A DNA stretch of 64,000 bases from an uncultured archaeon (GTDB taxonomy: Archaea; Asgardarchaeota; Lokiarchaeia; Sigyniarchaeales; SOKP01): assembly GCA_964583985.1 (NCBI GenBank), contig CAZOYD010000002.1:32001-96000 (forward strand), written 5' to 3'. This document shows positions 17,991-27,702 of this stretch, piece after piece. The notes beneath the pieces were generated by a model. It saw only the letters and a list, made by a program, of their open reading frames with translations. It was not told the origin of the DNA and made no database searches. The translations under genes and the position numbers were made by a program. Within the stretch, counting starts at the first letter, position 1. Each line of letters begins with the position of its first letter.

Positions 17991-19103
17991 TTACTTCTCA
18001 ATTATGGTTTCTTTGACTGCAGTACCAAAATGAGTAGCACCAGGACCCACATATATTAATACTTCATCATTGATTTTAATATCAACTACTGGAAGAATTT
18101 TACCGTTTGCATCAACAAGTCTCACCGTTTCTGCATTTTGACAAATATAATTAATATAAATGACGTTATCCTCTATTAAAGCTTCTAGTTCAAATCTAAG
18201 CATGGGTCGAGTTTCAATTTTTACACGACTCACAGTAGCTATCCTAGTATTTCCTTCAATATCTATAATATAGACCTGATCTCCTCCTCTCAGCTCACTT
18301 AAATACTTGGTACGATATAATTCTTGTTTTTCGGAGGGAACTAATATATAAGCTGAAACATCCCCCGCGTTAACCCGAAATGGTCTTGAAGATACAAAAT
18401 TAGTATCAAATACTTCAGCATGTACTAATACAAATCCTTTAGCTGTACTCCCTATGAGCATGCCCTCACCTACTTCAAGAAGTGATGTTGTATCCACGCA
18501 TACTCGCTCACTTTCAGGTATGCTTTGAATGCCTATAACCTTCGCTTTCGTTAAGTTTATCTTCTGATATGATTTAGTAAATTTTTTCAATTCCTCTAAT
18601 TCATCTAAGTATTTGGGGGCGTATAAAATTCCATCAACCCCTATTTCCAAAACATTAAGCATTAATTCAGCTTCTTTAATTGAATAAACTTCTGCTATTA
18701 ATTTTGTATTGTTAGAGTGCATTGCAGCAATAAGGTTTTCATAAGGTATTATCTTCCAATTTTTTGCTCTAACGATTATAAAATCAAGTAAATTGGTTTC
18801 GGATAGCTTTATAATTATATTCTCATCTTCTTTTGTCGCCAACTCTCTATAAATCCCAATCTTTACCAAATTTGATTCTCTTTTAGATATAAATCTTTTT
18901 AATTCATCTAAACTTGAACAAATCAGATTTTTTACTGGTAATGAAAGATCTTTGGAATATGTATTTAATCTCTCAAATTGCAATATTTCTTGAAACATTT
19001 CTTTTGAAATCAGAATATCCAAGAAATTATGATTTAAAGCTTCTTGAATTAATTCTTTATATTTCGGGGGTTTCTGTTCAAAATTAAGAATGATAGTCTT
19101 CAT
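17991..19103 (-). CDS. 3-dehydroquinate synthase II (archaeal AroB')
   Basis: WKIIPYENLIA, LEIGVDG, RVCVDT, RPFRVNAG, YLSEL, KIETRP, QNAETVRL. Confidence 0.93.
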   Translation of the reverse strand: MKTIILNFEQKPPKYKELIQEALNHNFLDILISKEMFQEILQFERLNTYSKDLSLPVKNLICSSLDELKRFISKRESNLVKIGIYRELATKEDENIIIKLSETNLLDFIIVRAKNWKIIPYENLIAAMHSNNTKLIAEVYSIKEAELMLNVLEIGVDGILYAPKYLDELEELKKFTKSYQKINLTKAKVIGIQSIPESERVCVDTTSLLEVGEGMLIGSTAKGFVLVHAEVFDTNFVSSRPFRVNAGDVSAYILVPSEKQELYRTKYLSELRGGDQVYIIDIEGNTRIATVSRVKIETRPMLRFELEALIEDNVIYINYICQNAETVRLVDANGKILPVVDIKINDEVLIYVGPGATHFGTAVKETIIEK

Positions 19104-19265
19104 ATCTCATTCCACTATAAAAATAAAATTTGGACTATGAAAGATTAAAGATTTGAAATTATTTTATATAAACTAAATTCTATTAAAATATTTAAGTCAA
19201 AAATATCTTAATTATTATTAAAGAGAAATAATTAATATAAACTTCCAATATAGAGATGAAACCTA

Positions 19266-19919
19266 GTGGGAATTAAGAAGAAACTTTTTCCAAGAAAAGC
19301 TCAAGAGAAGGAAGAACTAGTAGCAAAGGCTAAGGGACATATACGAAAGATGGCTTTAGTGAATAAAACCTACAGTAAAAGATCAGAAATCGCAAGAAAA
19401 AATGCTAAAATTGCTTTGAAGCGCGGTGAAAGAGAAAGAGCCAAAAATTATTTAATCCAATTTAAGCAATATCAACAGAAAGTTGACCGGGCTAACAACA
19501 TCCGTGCTAAGATTGAACGTCAAATCGAAGCAATTGAGGAGGGACAAATGATCTCAATGACTGGTGATTTAATGGGAGGAATTCGTGATGAGCTTGAAGT
19601 TATTGCAACCAAGGCATCTCCCACCAAAATTGCTGAAATTGCTGAAGATTCTGAAGCTTATGTCTCTGAAATAGAAGAGTCCGCTGAGATTTTAGCAGGA
19701 GATCCTGAAATTGACTTGGCCATTGATGTTACAGATGAATTAAATCAACTTGAAACCGAGATGCTACTCGATCAAGGTGGTCAGATACCCGAAGTACCTT
19801 CAGATGATTTACAATACATATCAGAGTTTGATAGCGAAGAAGAAGAGCCTGAAATACGGACTAAAGCAAAATTAGAGGATGAGATTGATAAATTACGTAA
19901 GGAGCTTGAAGGCAGTTAA
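19266..19919 (+). CDS. ESCRT-III Snf7-domain protein (Vps20/32/60-like)
   Basis: Basic helical N-half (AKIALKRGERERAKNYL), acidic C-half (DELNQLE), MIM2-like IPEVP, MIM1-like EDEIDKLRKEL. Confidence 0.88.
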   Translation: MGIKKKLFPRKAQEKEELVAKAKGHIRKMALVNKTYSKRSEIARKNAKIALKRGERERAKNYLIQFKQYQQKVDRANNIRAKIERQIEAIEEGQMISMTGDLMGGIRDELEVIATKASPTKIAEIAEDSEAYVSEIEESAEILAGDPEIDLAIDVTDELNQLETEMLLDQGGQIPEVPSDDLQYISEFDSEEEEPEIRTKAKLEDEIDKLRKELEGS

Positions 19920-19976
19920 AAGCATAACAATAGAAAGAGAAATTCAATCAATTTTATGAAATTATAACTTCTTATT

Positions 19977-22076
19977 TTATGAATAGTATCTCCTACCATC
20001 AAATTCTCGAGATTTTTCTTTAATATCTTCAATTTCTTCCAATTCTTGAGTTAAATCCTCATAATTCTTATCAATTGTGTATATCTGTTTCTGAAGGTTT
20101 TTAAAGGTCCTAAAGTAGTCAACTTCAGAGATTATGCCTTGATCAAATTTTGTATTTAGTGCCTTCAAGGTTTCGTCCAAACTATATTTTTCCTTTTCGA
20201 GATCTCTTAACTTTCTAAGTTTATCTTTTTCTTTTTTTGAATACTTTCTATTGGTATTTATGTCATTTAAAGCGAAATCATCTTGTTTAAAATATTCTGA
20301 TAAATGAATTTTAGAGTAATCGTCGTATAATCCTATTTTTCCTTCATTTATATTTGTATATAAACCATGATCTCTTTGGTGGATATCAAATGCTCCATTT
20401 ATCTCTGGATTTTGTGAAAGTCCATTTTTTTGAACTTGTTCGAGTTGACGCATGAGAATTTTTTTTTTATTTGGATCGATTCTTTGATTATAATATTTGG
20501 TAATGAATTGATTCCTTTCATAGTTTTGAATCCTGTTTGGATCATATAGATTTTGTGGAATAAAGCGACTATCGTAAGTAGGTTGTTTATATTGAGTGTA
20601 AGGTCTTGGGTTTCCATAAACATATAAATTTTCAGGATTTTGGTTAGGATACATGCCATTATTAGCTTGTTGGGGTGTCAAATTTTGATAATCCCTTAAA
20701 AGGACGGGCTGCGAGCCTTGATAGTTTTGAGGTTGCATATTTGGAATATAATTTATTGGATTATTATCATAAATTCGATATTGTTGTTGAAGGTTTGCAA
20801 GATCGGGAGGAATATAATTTGGTTGTCCTGCCATATTTATTGAGATCGCCTTATCTGAATTTTGATTCATGCTATTGTATTGACATTTTAAACTAAAAAA
20901 TGAATTAATAGTTTCTTCAATAAATGCGGTGATATCATTTAATTCAATATAGATATTGTTAAGCCTTTCTGCGGTTTCTTGATCATATTTAATAGTGTCA
21001 TCAAAATTTCTTGCTAAAATAATATAATCCAAAACGCGAGTAATGTTATTTGGAGGTAGAGTAAATTCATATCTCCCATAGGGAAATTCAATATATAATT
21101 TCTTGAACATTTTACCTTGGGATTTGATTTTAATTAAATCTTTTACAGGAGCTTTAAAAATGATTTCTTTCTTCTTTTTTAATTTTCCATATTCTTGTAC
21201 AAAAGACAAGTCAAGATTTGTTATAAAAAGGATTCCTCTACTTTTTTTTAATTTATCTTGAGTATTTAAACCATTAGCCAATTTGGCATAAATGGCATAA
21301 ATTGGTTTTTCATTTTCAGCTAAATTTAAGAACTTTTTATAAGTTTCAAAATAAAAGATAATTTTTTCAATAAATTTCAAATAATCCTGGATGCTTTCCA
21401 AACTTGTAGAAATGGTTTTTATATTATTATTAATGTATTCTTGAATTGAATCATTACTCCTAGTTAGATTTTCAAGAATCCCCTCTATTATAATAACATT
21501 GGCATTTGGTTGGGAATAAATATCAAAAAAATATTCCTTGTTCAACGATAAATGGTTAAAAAGAATGCTAATTTTCTCATATAAATTATCTTTTGCATAA
21601 CCTAATAATTTGAATAAAGCTAAAAGGTCAGCTTCTAAATGAGGAAAGTGATAGCATTTAATTGGAGGTGCTCGTGCGTCTTTTGTTTTTTGGCGTAGCT
21701 GATATAAATTATTAATAAGGTCATTTAAAGGTTCAATGAAATATCTCACATTTTTAATTAAATCCAAGAAACTTTTTTCTAATTCCTCTTTTTTCTCATA
21801 AATATTGATAATTGATGTGGAGTGACATTTAGGACATGCTTTTAATAGTTGACTCCCTTGATTTAACTTTTCACTCTCACAATCTTTGCAAATTCCAGAT
21901 TTACCTGAAGCATTTATTTCTATATTTTTAGAATTACAATCTTGACATACAAAATAATCAATTTTTTCTTCATGTAAGCAATCAGAACAACAACTGACTC
22001 CACAATCCTCACAGTAATAAGCCAGCTTAATATGTCTATGGCAGAATCGACAAATTTGCATATTGTGTTCCGACAT
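19977..22076 (-). CDS. Multidomain protein: Cys-rich Zn fingers, coiled coil, PH/GRAM-like domain, Q/N/P/Y-rich region, C-terminal steadiness-box-like helices
   Basis: 13 Cys in the first ~85 aa; GILFITNLDLSF...LYIEFPYGRYEF; low-complexity region; LDETLKALNTKFDQGIISEVDYFRTFKNLQKQIY. Confidence 0.7.
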   Translation of the reverse strand: MSEHNMQICRFCHRHIKLAYYCEDCGVSCCSDCLHEEKIDYFVCQDCNSKNIEINASGKSGICKDCESEKLNQGSQLLKACPKCHSTSIINIYEKKEELEKSFLDLIKNVRYFIEPLNDLINNLYQLRQKTKDARAPPIKCYHFPHLEADLLALFKLLGYAKDNLYEKISILFNHLSLNKEYFFDIYSQPNANVIIIEGILENLTRSNDSIQEYINNNIKTISTSLESIQDYLKFIEKIIFYFETYKKFLNLAENEKPIYAIYAKLANGLNTQDKLKKSRGILFITNLDLSFVQEYGKLKKKKEIIFKAPVKDLIKIKSQGKMFKKLYIEFPYGRYEFTLPPNNITRVLDYIILARNFDDTIKYDQETAERLNNIYIELNDITAFIEETINSFFSLKCQYNSMNQNSDKAISINMAGQPNYIPPDLANLQQQYRIYDNNPINYIPNMQPQNYQGSQPVLLRDYQNLTPQQANNGMYPNQNPENLYVYGNPRPYTQYKQPTYDSRFIPQNLYDPNRIQNYERNQFITKYYNQRIDPNKKKILMRQLEQVQKNGLSQNPEINGAFDIHQRDHGLYTNINEGKIGLYDDYSKIHLSEYFKQDDFALNDINTNRKYSKKEKDKLRKLRDLEKEKYSLDETLKALNTKFDQGIISEVDYFRTFKNLQKQIYTIDKNYEDLTQELEEIEDIKEKSREFDGRRYYS

Positions 22077-22270
22077 TTTTACATCTAAATCCCAAGTTGA
22101 TTATGAAAAAACAAAATTATTACATAGTTCCAATAATTTTGAAGAGTTTTTTTAATTTCAATAGGTATGTTATTTAAGTAATATCTCTAAAATACCAAAA
22201 TTGGACTAATTTAAATTATAAAGAAAATGAGAAGAAGATTTTTTTCACGATTAAAATGTAAAAAACGAAA

Positions 22271-22564
22271 CTATTTAATGATCGTAATTTTGGTACCCAA
22301 AGCTTGTCCGGGTAATCCTGCTTTTTTGAAATGTGCTCTAACCGCTCCACTATTACCATGAGCTCTAGTAATTACTCCCTTCATATCTTTTCCCGTTGGG
22401 CTTATCCATAAAACAGTTCTTCCTATTAATTTATTTGCCTCTTTCTTAGTTTTAATAGCCGGGAATACTAATATGCAATGTCTAGGGTGAACTGTATGTC
22501 TTCCTCGTTTATAATTTGAAATCGCACCTTCCATTCCCAGTAAATCTAATTTATTCAATGTCAT
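22271..22564 (-). CDS. rpl35ae: 50S ribosomal protein L35Ae
   Basis: NYKRGRH, GVITRAHGNSGAVRAHF, LPGQALG. Confidence 0.95.
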   Translation of the reverse strand: MTLNKLDLLGMEGAISNYKRGRHTVHPRHCILVFPAIKTKKEANKLIGRTVLWISPTGKDMKGVITRAHGNSGAVRAHFKKAGLPGQALGTKITIIK

Positions 22565-22706
22565 AACATACCACTCTAAATAGTTGTATCTTTTTCTTTA
22601 ATTTGAAAAAATATTTAAAAAGATAAAAAATTTTCGATAAATAATTCTATATCCTCTTTATTATAAAAAGTAAAATTTTTGTAGATTTTAAATTTATAAT
22701 ATATCT

Positions 22707-24083
22707 ATGAAAGTTGCGTTTGGAAAGAAAGCTACGACTCCATTAAATTTCCTTGGCATGCCATTAGCTGGTTATACACGGGAAAAACCGTGTGAAGGAA
22801 AATTAGATGATATTTATGTTTATGGCATCTTAATTGAAGAAAATCAAGATTACCTTTTAATGCTTTCATTTGACACCCTTAAGTTACCTTTAGCTATCGT
22901 AGAATATATGAAAAACAAAATTACTTCAATTTTCCCTTTCATTAAAACCGAAAAAATCCTAATACATGCCACTCATACTCATGCATCCTTTGATTTAACG
23001 GGAGAATTTCATTGGCCAGGAGGAACTTTAAATATATTAAGAGGGATAATGTTTGGAGCTAATAGAAATGATTTATATATTGTTTGGCTTGTTAATAGAG
23101 TTATTCAATTGATTCAGAAATTATCCAATCGATTAGAACCATGTCGGATTGCATGGAAGAAAAAACAATTAAATCCTGATATAGTTATCAATCGAAGACA
23201 TCCGACTAGACAATCAAAACCTGAACTAGGAGTCATTGTTTTCAAACATTTAAATAAAGATGATATGATTGGCATTGTTACAAATTACTCTTGCCATCCG
23301 ACCACGCTTTCATTTAAGAATTTTAAGTTATCTGCAGATTTTCCAGGGAGGTTTATTGAACGAATCGAACAATTAACTGATAAAAAAATTAATGCAATAT
23401 ACTTCAATGGACCATCTGGAGATTTGAATCCAATTACTACAAGTGGAATTGATTATAGCGCTTTAGAAGAAGAAAAGTCGTTAATATACGATCAGTTAGG
23501 TACATATAAAGATACAATAAAAATTGGTAATATCATTGCCGAAGAAGCATTAAAATTAGCAAGGTCTATTGATAATACAGATTATTATGATTCTATAAAA
23601 ATCGTGGCAGAATCAAACGAATTTTGGGTACCAATGAAAGATGCAAAATACTTCAATAAAATATGGTTTTCAAATAAGCTATATTATTGTATTAAAAAAG
23701 TATTTCTCCTTAAGATTGCACGGTTAGCTCTTTTAAACGCGAATTTTCCCTATTTTAGCTTGAATAAAAAAGGGAGAAAAGTTAAATGCAAGACAATTGT
23801 TCAACGTTTTCAAATTTCAGGTAAAACCAGAAATGTTTCAAATACGTTAGATCTAATAACTGTACCAGGAGAATTATTTGAAGATTTAGGAAATGAGATC
23901 CTAGAAAAATCCTTGTTTGGAAGAAAGAATACGTTCATTTTTCAAAACTCACAAGATTGGATTGCTTATTTATTTAGCATAAAAGAGTATATAAATTTTG
24001 GAGGATATGAACCCTTTCCAACCTTCAGTCCATTTTCTGGGGAAATTGTCTTAAATGAGGTTTTAAACTTTTTTCAAGAATAA
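22707..24083 (+). CDS. Neutral/alkaline ceramidase-like Zn amidohydrolase
   Basis: PLAGY, HATHTHAS, INRR, NYSCHPT, SADFPG, GPSGDLNP, PGELF, GGYE. Confidence 0.82.
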   Translation: MKVAFGKKATTPLNFLGMPLAGYTREKPCEGKLDDIYVYGILIEENQDYLLMLSFDTLKLPLAIVEYMKNKITSIFPFIKTEKILIHATHTHASFDLTGEFHWPGGTLNILRGIMFGANRNDLYIVWLVNRVIQLIQKLSNRLEPCRIAWKKKQLNPDIVINRRHPTRQSKPELGVIVFKHLNKDDMIGIVTNYSCHPTTLSFKNFKLSADFPGRFIERIEQLTDKKINAIYFNGPSGDLNPITTSGIDYSALEEEKSLIYDQLGTYKDTIKIGNIIAEEALKLARSIDNTDYYDSIKIVAESNEFWVPMKDAKYFNKIWFSNKLYYCIKKVFLLKIARLALLNANFPYFSLNKKGRKVKCKTIVQRFQISGKTRNVSNTLDLITVPGELFEDLGNEILEKSLFGRKNTFIFQNSQDWIAYLFSIKEYINFGGYEPFPTFSPFSGEIVLNEVLNFFQE

Positions 24084-25255
24084 ATCAATTCTTCTGCCAT
24101 TTCCCAAGCATATCTGTTAGATTGTACAATTGCAGAATTTATATTCTGACTTTTGAGGAGAGATTTTTTAACTTGATCAATAACCATTTTCTCATTAAAC
24201 TTTAGTTTAGATAAATATTGATTTGTGATATTGTTATTATCAAGAGTTCTAATGAAGCGAGAATGTCGGATCCAAAACCAATCGGTATTTTGATCTATAT
24301 AAGGTCCTGATTTTAATACTATCTGATTCTCAAGAGGGAAATTGTATGGTTTATATAAGCTTAAGCACGGATGCGCACATCCAGTGAACCAATGAATAGA
24401 ATTATTTACTTTCTCTCTTAGTTCAGAAACTTGAGATCCCGTTGATTCGAATCCACCATGCATGCATATCCCAGCATCATGTTCTCTTAGAAATTCCATC
24501 ATTAGTGAAGGTGTAATTTGTCCCATGTTTTCCTTTAGTAATAATTTAGACTTCCCACCACGTGAATATGGGGTGATATCATTAGAGAAATGACTTCCTG
24601 AAAAAGTTTTGGCAAAATCAAAATCATCATCATCTTTACAATATCCCATTTTAATTGCATGATCGATAATTCCTTCACGACGAAAATCTCCCATCCCGCA
24701 TATTGATATCCCATTTGAGATCGATCTAACATCATTGACCTTCTCCACGACCCACCAATCATCAGCAGTTTCTAAAACGTATGCTTCTTTAGAATCAGCA
24801 ATAATATAAGAGTTGTGATAGGTCCAGGTAGAATCCTCATAAGAACATCCACCTCCTTGATGATATTTCTCTAATAGTTCTGCAATGATTTTAGTAGAAT
24901 TAAGGGCAGAATTACCCCGTTCTAATCCTAATCGTAGAAGATCCATTCCGAGTAATCCCTCATTTCTTAATGGTTCTCGTGTATAAACCGCTTCATTTCC
25001 AATTACCACGCCATATTCATTTGCTCCCATCTCAGCACCCCACATCCAAAAAGGTTGACTAAGAAGAATTGCAGCTGTTTCTTTAACTTGTGGTATTTTT
25101 ATATAGGTGCAGTTAAGCATATCTCCCTCATTATGATGACATTTAGGTGCATATGTGATTAATTGTATCTCATTCTGGGGGCGATCGCTATTCTTACCAA
25201 AAATTACATTTCCATTATCAGTACTATTTCCCAAAGCAACTAATGTATCACACAT
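24074..25255 (-). CDS. Peptidase C69 / secernin-like Ntn hydrolase
   Basis: N-terminal Cys (MCDT), FGKNSDRP, WMWGAEMGANEYGVVIGNEAV, LLGMDLLRLGLERG. Confidence 0.9.
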   Translation of the reverse strand: MCDTLVALGNSTDNGNVIFGKNSDRPQNEIQLITYAPKCHHNEGDMLNCTYIKIPQVKETAAILLSQPFWMWGAEMGANEYGVVIGNEAVYTREPLRNEGLLGMDLLRLGLERGNSALNSTKIIAELLEKYHQGGGCSYEDSTWTYHNSYIIADSKEAYVLETADDWWVVEKVNDVRSISNGISICGMGDFRREGIIDHAIKMGYCKDDDDFDFAKTFSGSHFSNDITPYSRGGKSKLLLKENMGQITPSLMMEFLREHDAGICMHGGFESTGSQVSELREKVNNSIHWFTGCAHPCLSLYKPYNFPLENQIVLKSGPYIDQNTDWFWIRHSRFIRTLDNNNITNQYLSKLKFNEKMVIDQVKKSLLKSQNINSAIVQSNRYAWEMAEELIYS

Positions 25256-25349
25256 CCAGTGAACTTCCTGTTTTTATAATAATAAGAAATCATTCAAATA
25301 GCATTATGAATTTTTCTATTCATCATTTTATGGATGAAGATGTTAAGTT

Positions 25350-26987
25350 ATGGGAATTTTAATTAAAAAGGGATTATTAATTGATGGGAGTGGAGTATCT
25401 GGAAGAATAACAGATATCCTTATTCAAGATGATAAAATTTTACAAATTTCTCGCGATATAAAAGAAGATGGCCATAATATTATCGAGGCAACGGGAAAAA
25501 TCGTTTCTCCAGGATTCATCGATATTCATAATCACGCGGATTTAACTATTCTGGAAGCAAATAAGGCAGAAGCATTTGTTGAACAAGGAATTACTACTCT
25601 TCTCGCGTGTGTTTGTGGAATTGGTGTAGCACCAGCAAATGAAAAAGTTAAGCAGTATTACTTTAATTTTGTTAATAAAGCTTTTTGCTCTTCCCCAGAC
25701 CTATATGAGAATATGTCGAAATTTTACCAAGCACTGGAGGAAAAAGGAGTTTCAATTAATTTAGCATTTATGATACCTCAAGGTAATGTTCGAGCTTGTA
25801 TAATGGGAACTAATACTGGACTTGCAAACGAGTCTGAATTAAATGAGATGAAAAAAATTGTAAGAGATAATATGAAAGCTGGGGCATTTGGTTTATCAAC
25901 TGGTCTTGTATATCCTCCAGGATCTTCAAGTTCAACTGAAGAATTAATAGAACTCTCTAAAATAGTAAGTGAATATAATGGATTCTATGATTCACACATG
26001 AGAAATGAAGGAGCAGGAGTTATTGATATTGGAATGACTGAACTAATAAGCATAGCTCGCAAGGCAAATGTGAGAGCCCATATATCTCATTGGAGCGTAA
26101 TAAGTAGATACAAATATAAAGAATTGACACTAAAGGCAATAAATTTAATCAATACCGTAAGAGAAGAAGGACTTAACATTACAGCAGATATGACTGTTTA
26201 TGATGATGGATTCACGAGCCTTTCATTTGTCCTCTTGCCGACATGGGTTTATGATGATTTCAAGGGAAATTTGAGTGATCCAGAAATTCGAAAACGAATT
26301 AAAAAAGAAATTTTCGATAAGCTTTATTCAATGTTTTTATCAGATGCACCATTTTTTATGAAACTGATTCCTAGATTTTTATTAAAAAAGAAGATAATTC
26401 CCCTTTTAAGTAAAGCAGTTGTAGTTATTTACGCACTAAAAAATCATGATGTTGAAGGGAAAACGCTATTTGAAGCTTTAAATATTCTTTATCCAGACAA
26501 AGATCTTGAAGATGCTCTTTTAGATTATTTCATCGATGAGGAAGGTGGAATAATGATAAGGATTCAACAAAAAAATGAGGAATTAAGCATGATCCCTCTT
26601 TTCAAGCAAGAATATGTCTGTCCTAGTTCTGATGCGGTATTAATTTTAGGAAGGAATACTCACCCTCGAGCATTTGGAGCTTTTCCTCGCGTTATCGCAA
26701 GATGGGTTCGTGAACGAAATGTATTTTCCTTGGAAGAAATGATAAGAAAAATGACTTCCTTGCCAGCTTCTATTTTAGGTCTTAAAGATAGGGGAGTTAT
26801 CCAAGAAGGGAAAAAAGCTGATATTGTATTATTTGAACTAGAGAAAATTAATGAAAGGGGAACCTTACAAAATGGATGTCAGCCTCCTCTTGGTATCGAT
26901 TATGTTATCGTGAATGGTCAGATTACAGTAGAAAATGGAGAACATACTGGTATCTTAAATGGAAAAATATTAAAACATAAATCCTAA
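25350..26987 (+). CDS. N-acyl-D-amino-acid deacylase (amidohydrolase)
   Basis: PGFIDIHNHAD, GAFGLSTGLVYPPG, SHMRNE, HISH, HPRAFGAFPR. Confidence 0.9.
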   Translation: MGILIKKGLLIDGSGVSGRITDILIQDDKILQISRDIKEDGHNIIEATGKIVSPGFIDIHNHADLTILEANKAEAFVEQGITTLLACVCGIGVAPANEKVKQYYFNFVNKAFCSSPDLYENMSKFYQALEEKGVSINLAFMIPQGNVRACIMGTNTGLANESELNEMKKIVRDNMKAGAFGLSTGLVYPPGSSSSTEELIELSKIVSEYNGFYDSHMRNEGAGVIDIGMTELISIARKANVRAHISHWSVISRYKYKELTLKAINLINTVREEGLNITADMTVYDDGFTSLSFVLLPTWVYDDFKGNLSDPEIRKRIKKEIFDKLYSMFLSDAPFFMKLIPRFLLKKKIIPLLSKAVVVIYALKNHDVEGKTLFEALNILYPDKDLEDALLDYFIDEEGGIMIRIQQKNEELSMIPLFKQEYVCPSSDAVLILGRNTHPRAFGAFPRVIARWVRERNVFSLEEMIRKMTSLPASILGLKDRGVIQEGKKADIVLFELEKINERGTLQNGCQPPLGIDYVIVNGQITVENGEHTGILNGKILKHKS

Positions 26988-27025
26988 AAATTGATTAACT
27001 CGTTAAAGATAACTATTAGAAAATC

Positions 27026-27613
27026 ATGTCAGTAACCGTAAATGGAGAAGGAATTCAAGTTAATGAGGAAACTTTATACCTTGGTGGATTGAATATTAAA
27101 AATATTAACCAGATATATGGTTTGAACAATTTAACAGAACTAAAAAAGCTAATATTATATAATAATAATATTTCTAACATTAACAACTTAGAATCACTTA
27201 TTAATTTAGAGAGTCTTAATTTATATGGAAATAATATCAAGGAAATCATGGGGCTAGCATCCTTGAGAAAACTTAAGACCTTATTTCTTTCGAATAACAA
27301 AATTTATGAAATTAAGGGCTTAGAAAAATTGACCAAATTGGAAAGCTTATCATTAGAGGATAATTTCATTAAAAAGATCAAGGGATTGACCGATCTTACT
27401 CAATTGATGAATTTAAATCTTTTTGATAATCAAATTTCTTGCATAGAAAATCTTGGTTCACTCAGAAAATTAAATAGTTTGAGAATAGGAAATAATCCAA
27501 TTTCTAAAAAAATTTTAGAAGAGTGTGGTGGAATCAATGAACAAGGCTATGCATTGGAAGTGCAAAACTTTGTTAAATATTGTACAAGAGAGAATAAGAA
27601 TCTTGAATTTTAA
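27026..27613 (+). CDS. SDS22-type leucine-rich repeat protein
   Basis: About 6-7 22-aa repeats LxxLxLxxNxIxxIxGLxxLxx. Confidence 0.9.
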   Translation: MSVTVNGEGIQVNEETLYLGGLNIKNINQIYGLNNLTELKKLILYNNNISNINNLESLINLESLNLYGNNIKEIMGLASLRKLKTLFLSNNKIYEIKGLEKLTKLESLSLEDNFIKKIKGLTDLTQLMNLNLFDNQISCIENLGSLRKLNSLRIGNNPISKKILEECGGINEQGYALEVQNFVKYCTRENKNLEF

Positions 27614-27702
27614 AATACTAAAATTAAGGCTTTGTTTCTTAATAATAAAGAATATCTATGAATTTTAAATTAATTAAATAATAGAATATATTTATTAGAA
27701 TT

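Noticed and set aside
27026-27613. Periodic sequence suggesting a repeat array
   Set aside because: The ~66-nt periodicity is explained by protein LRRs; there are no identical DNA repeats or spacers, so it is not CRISPR
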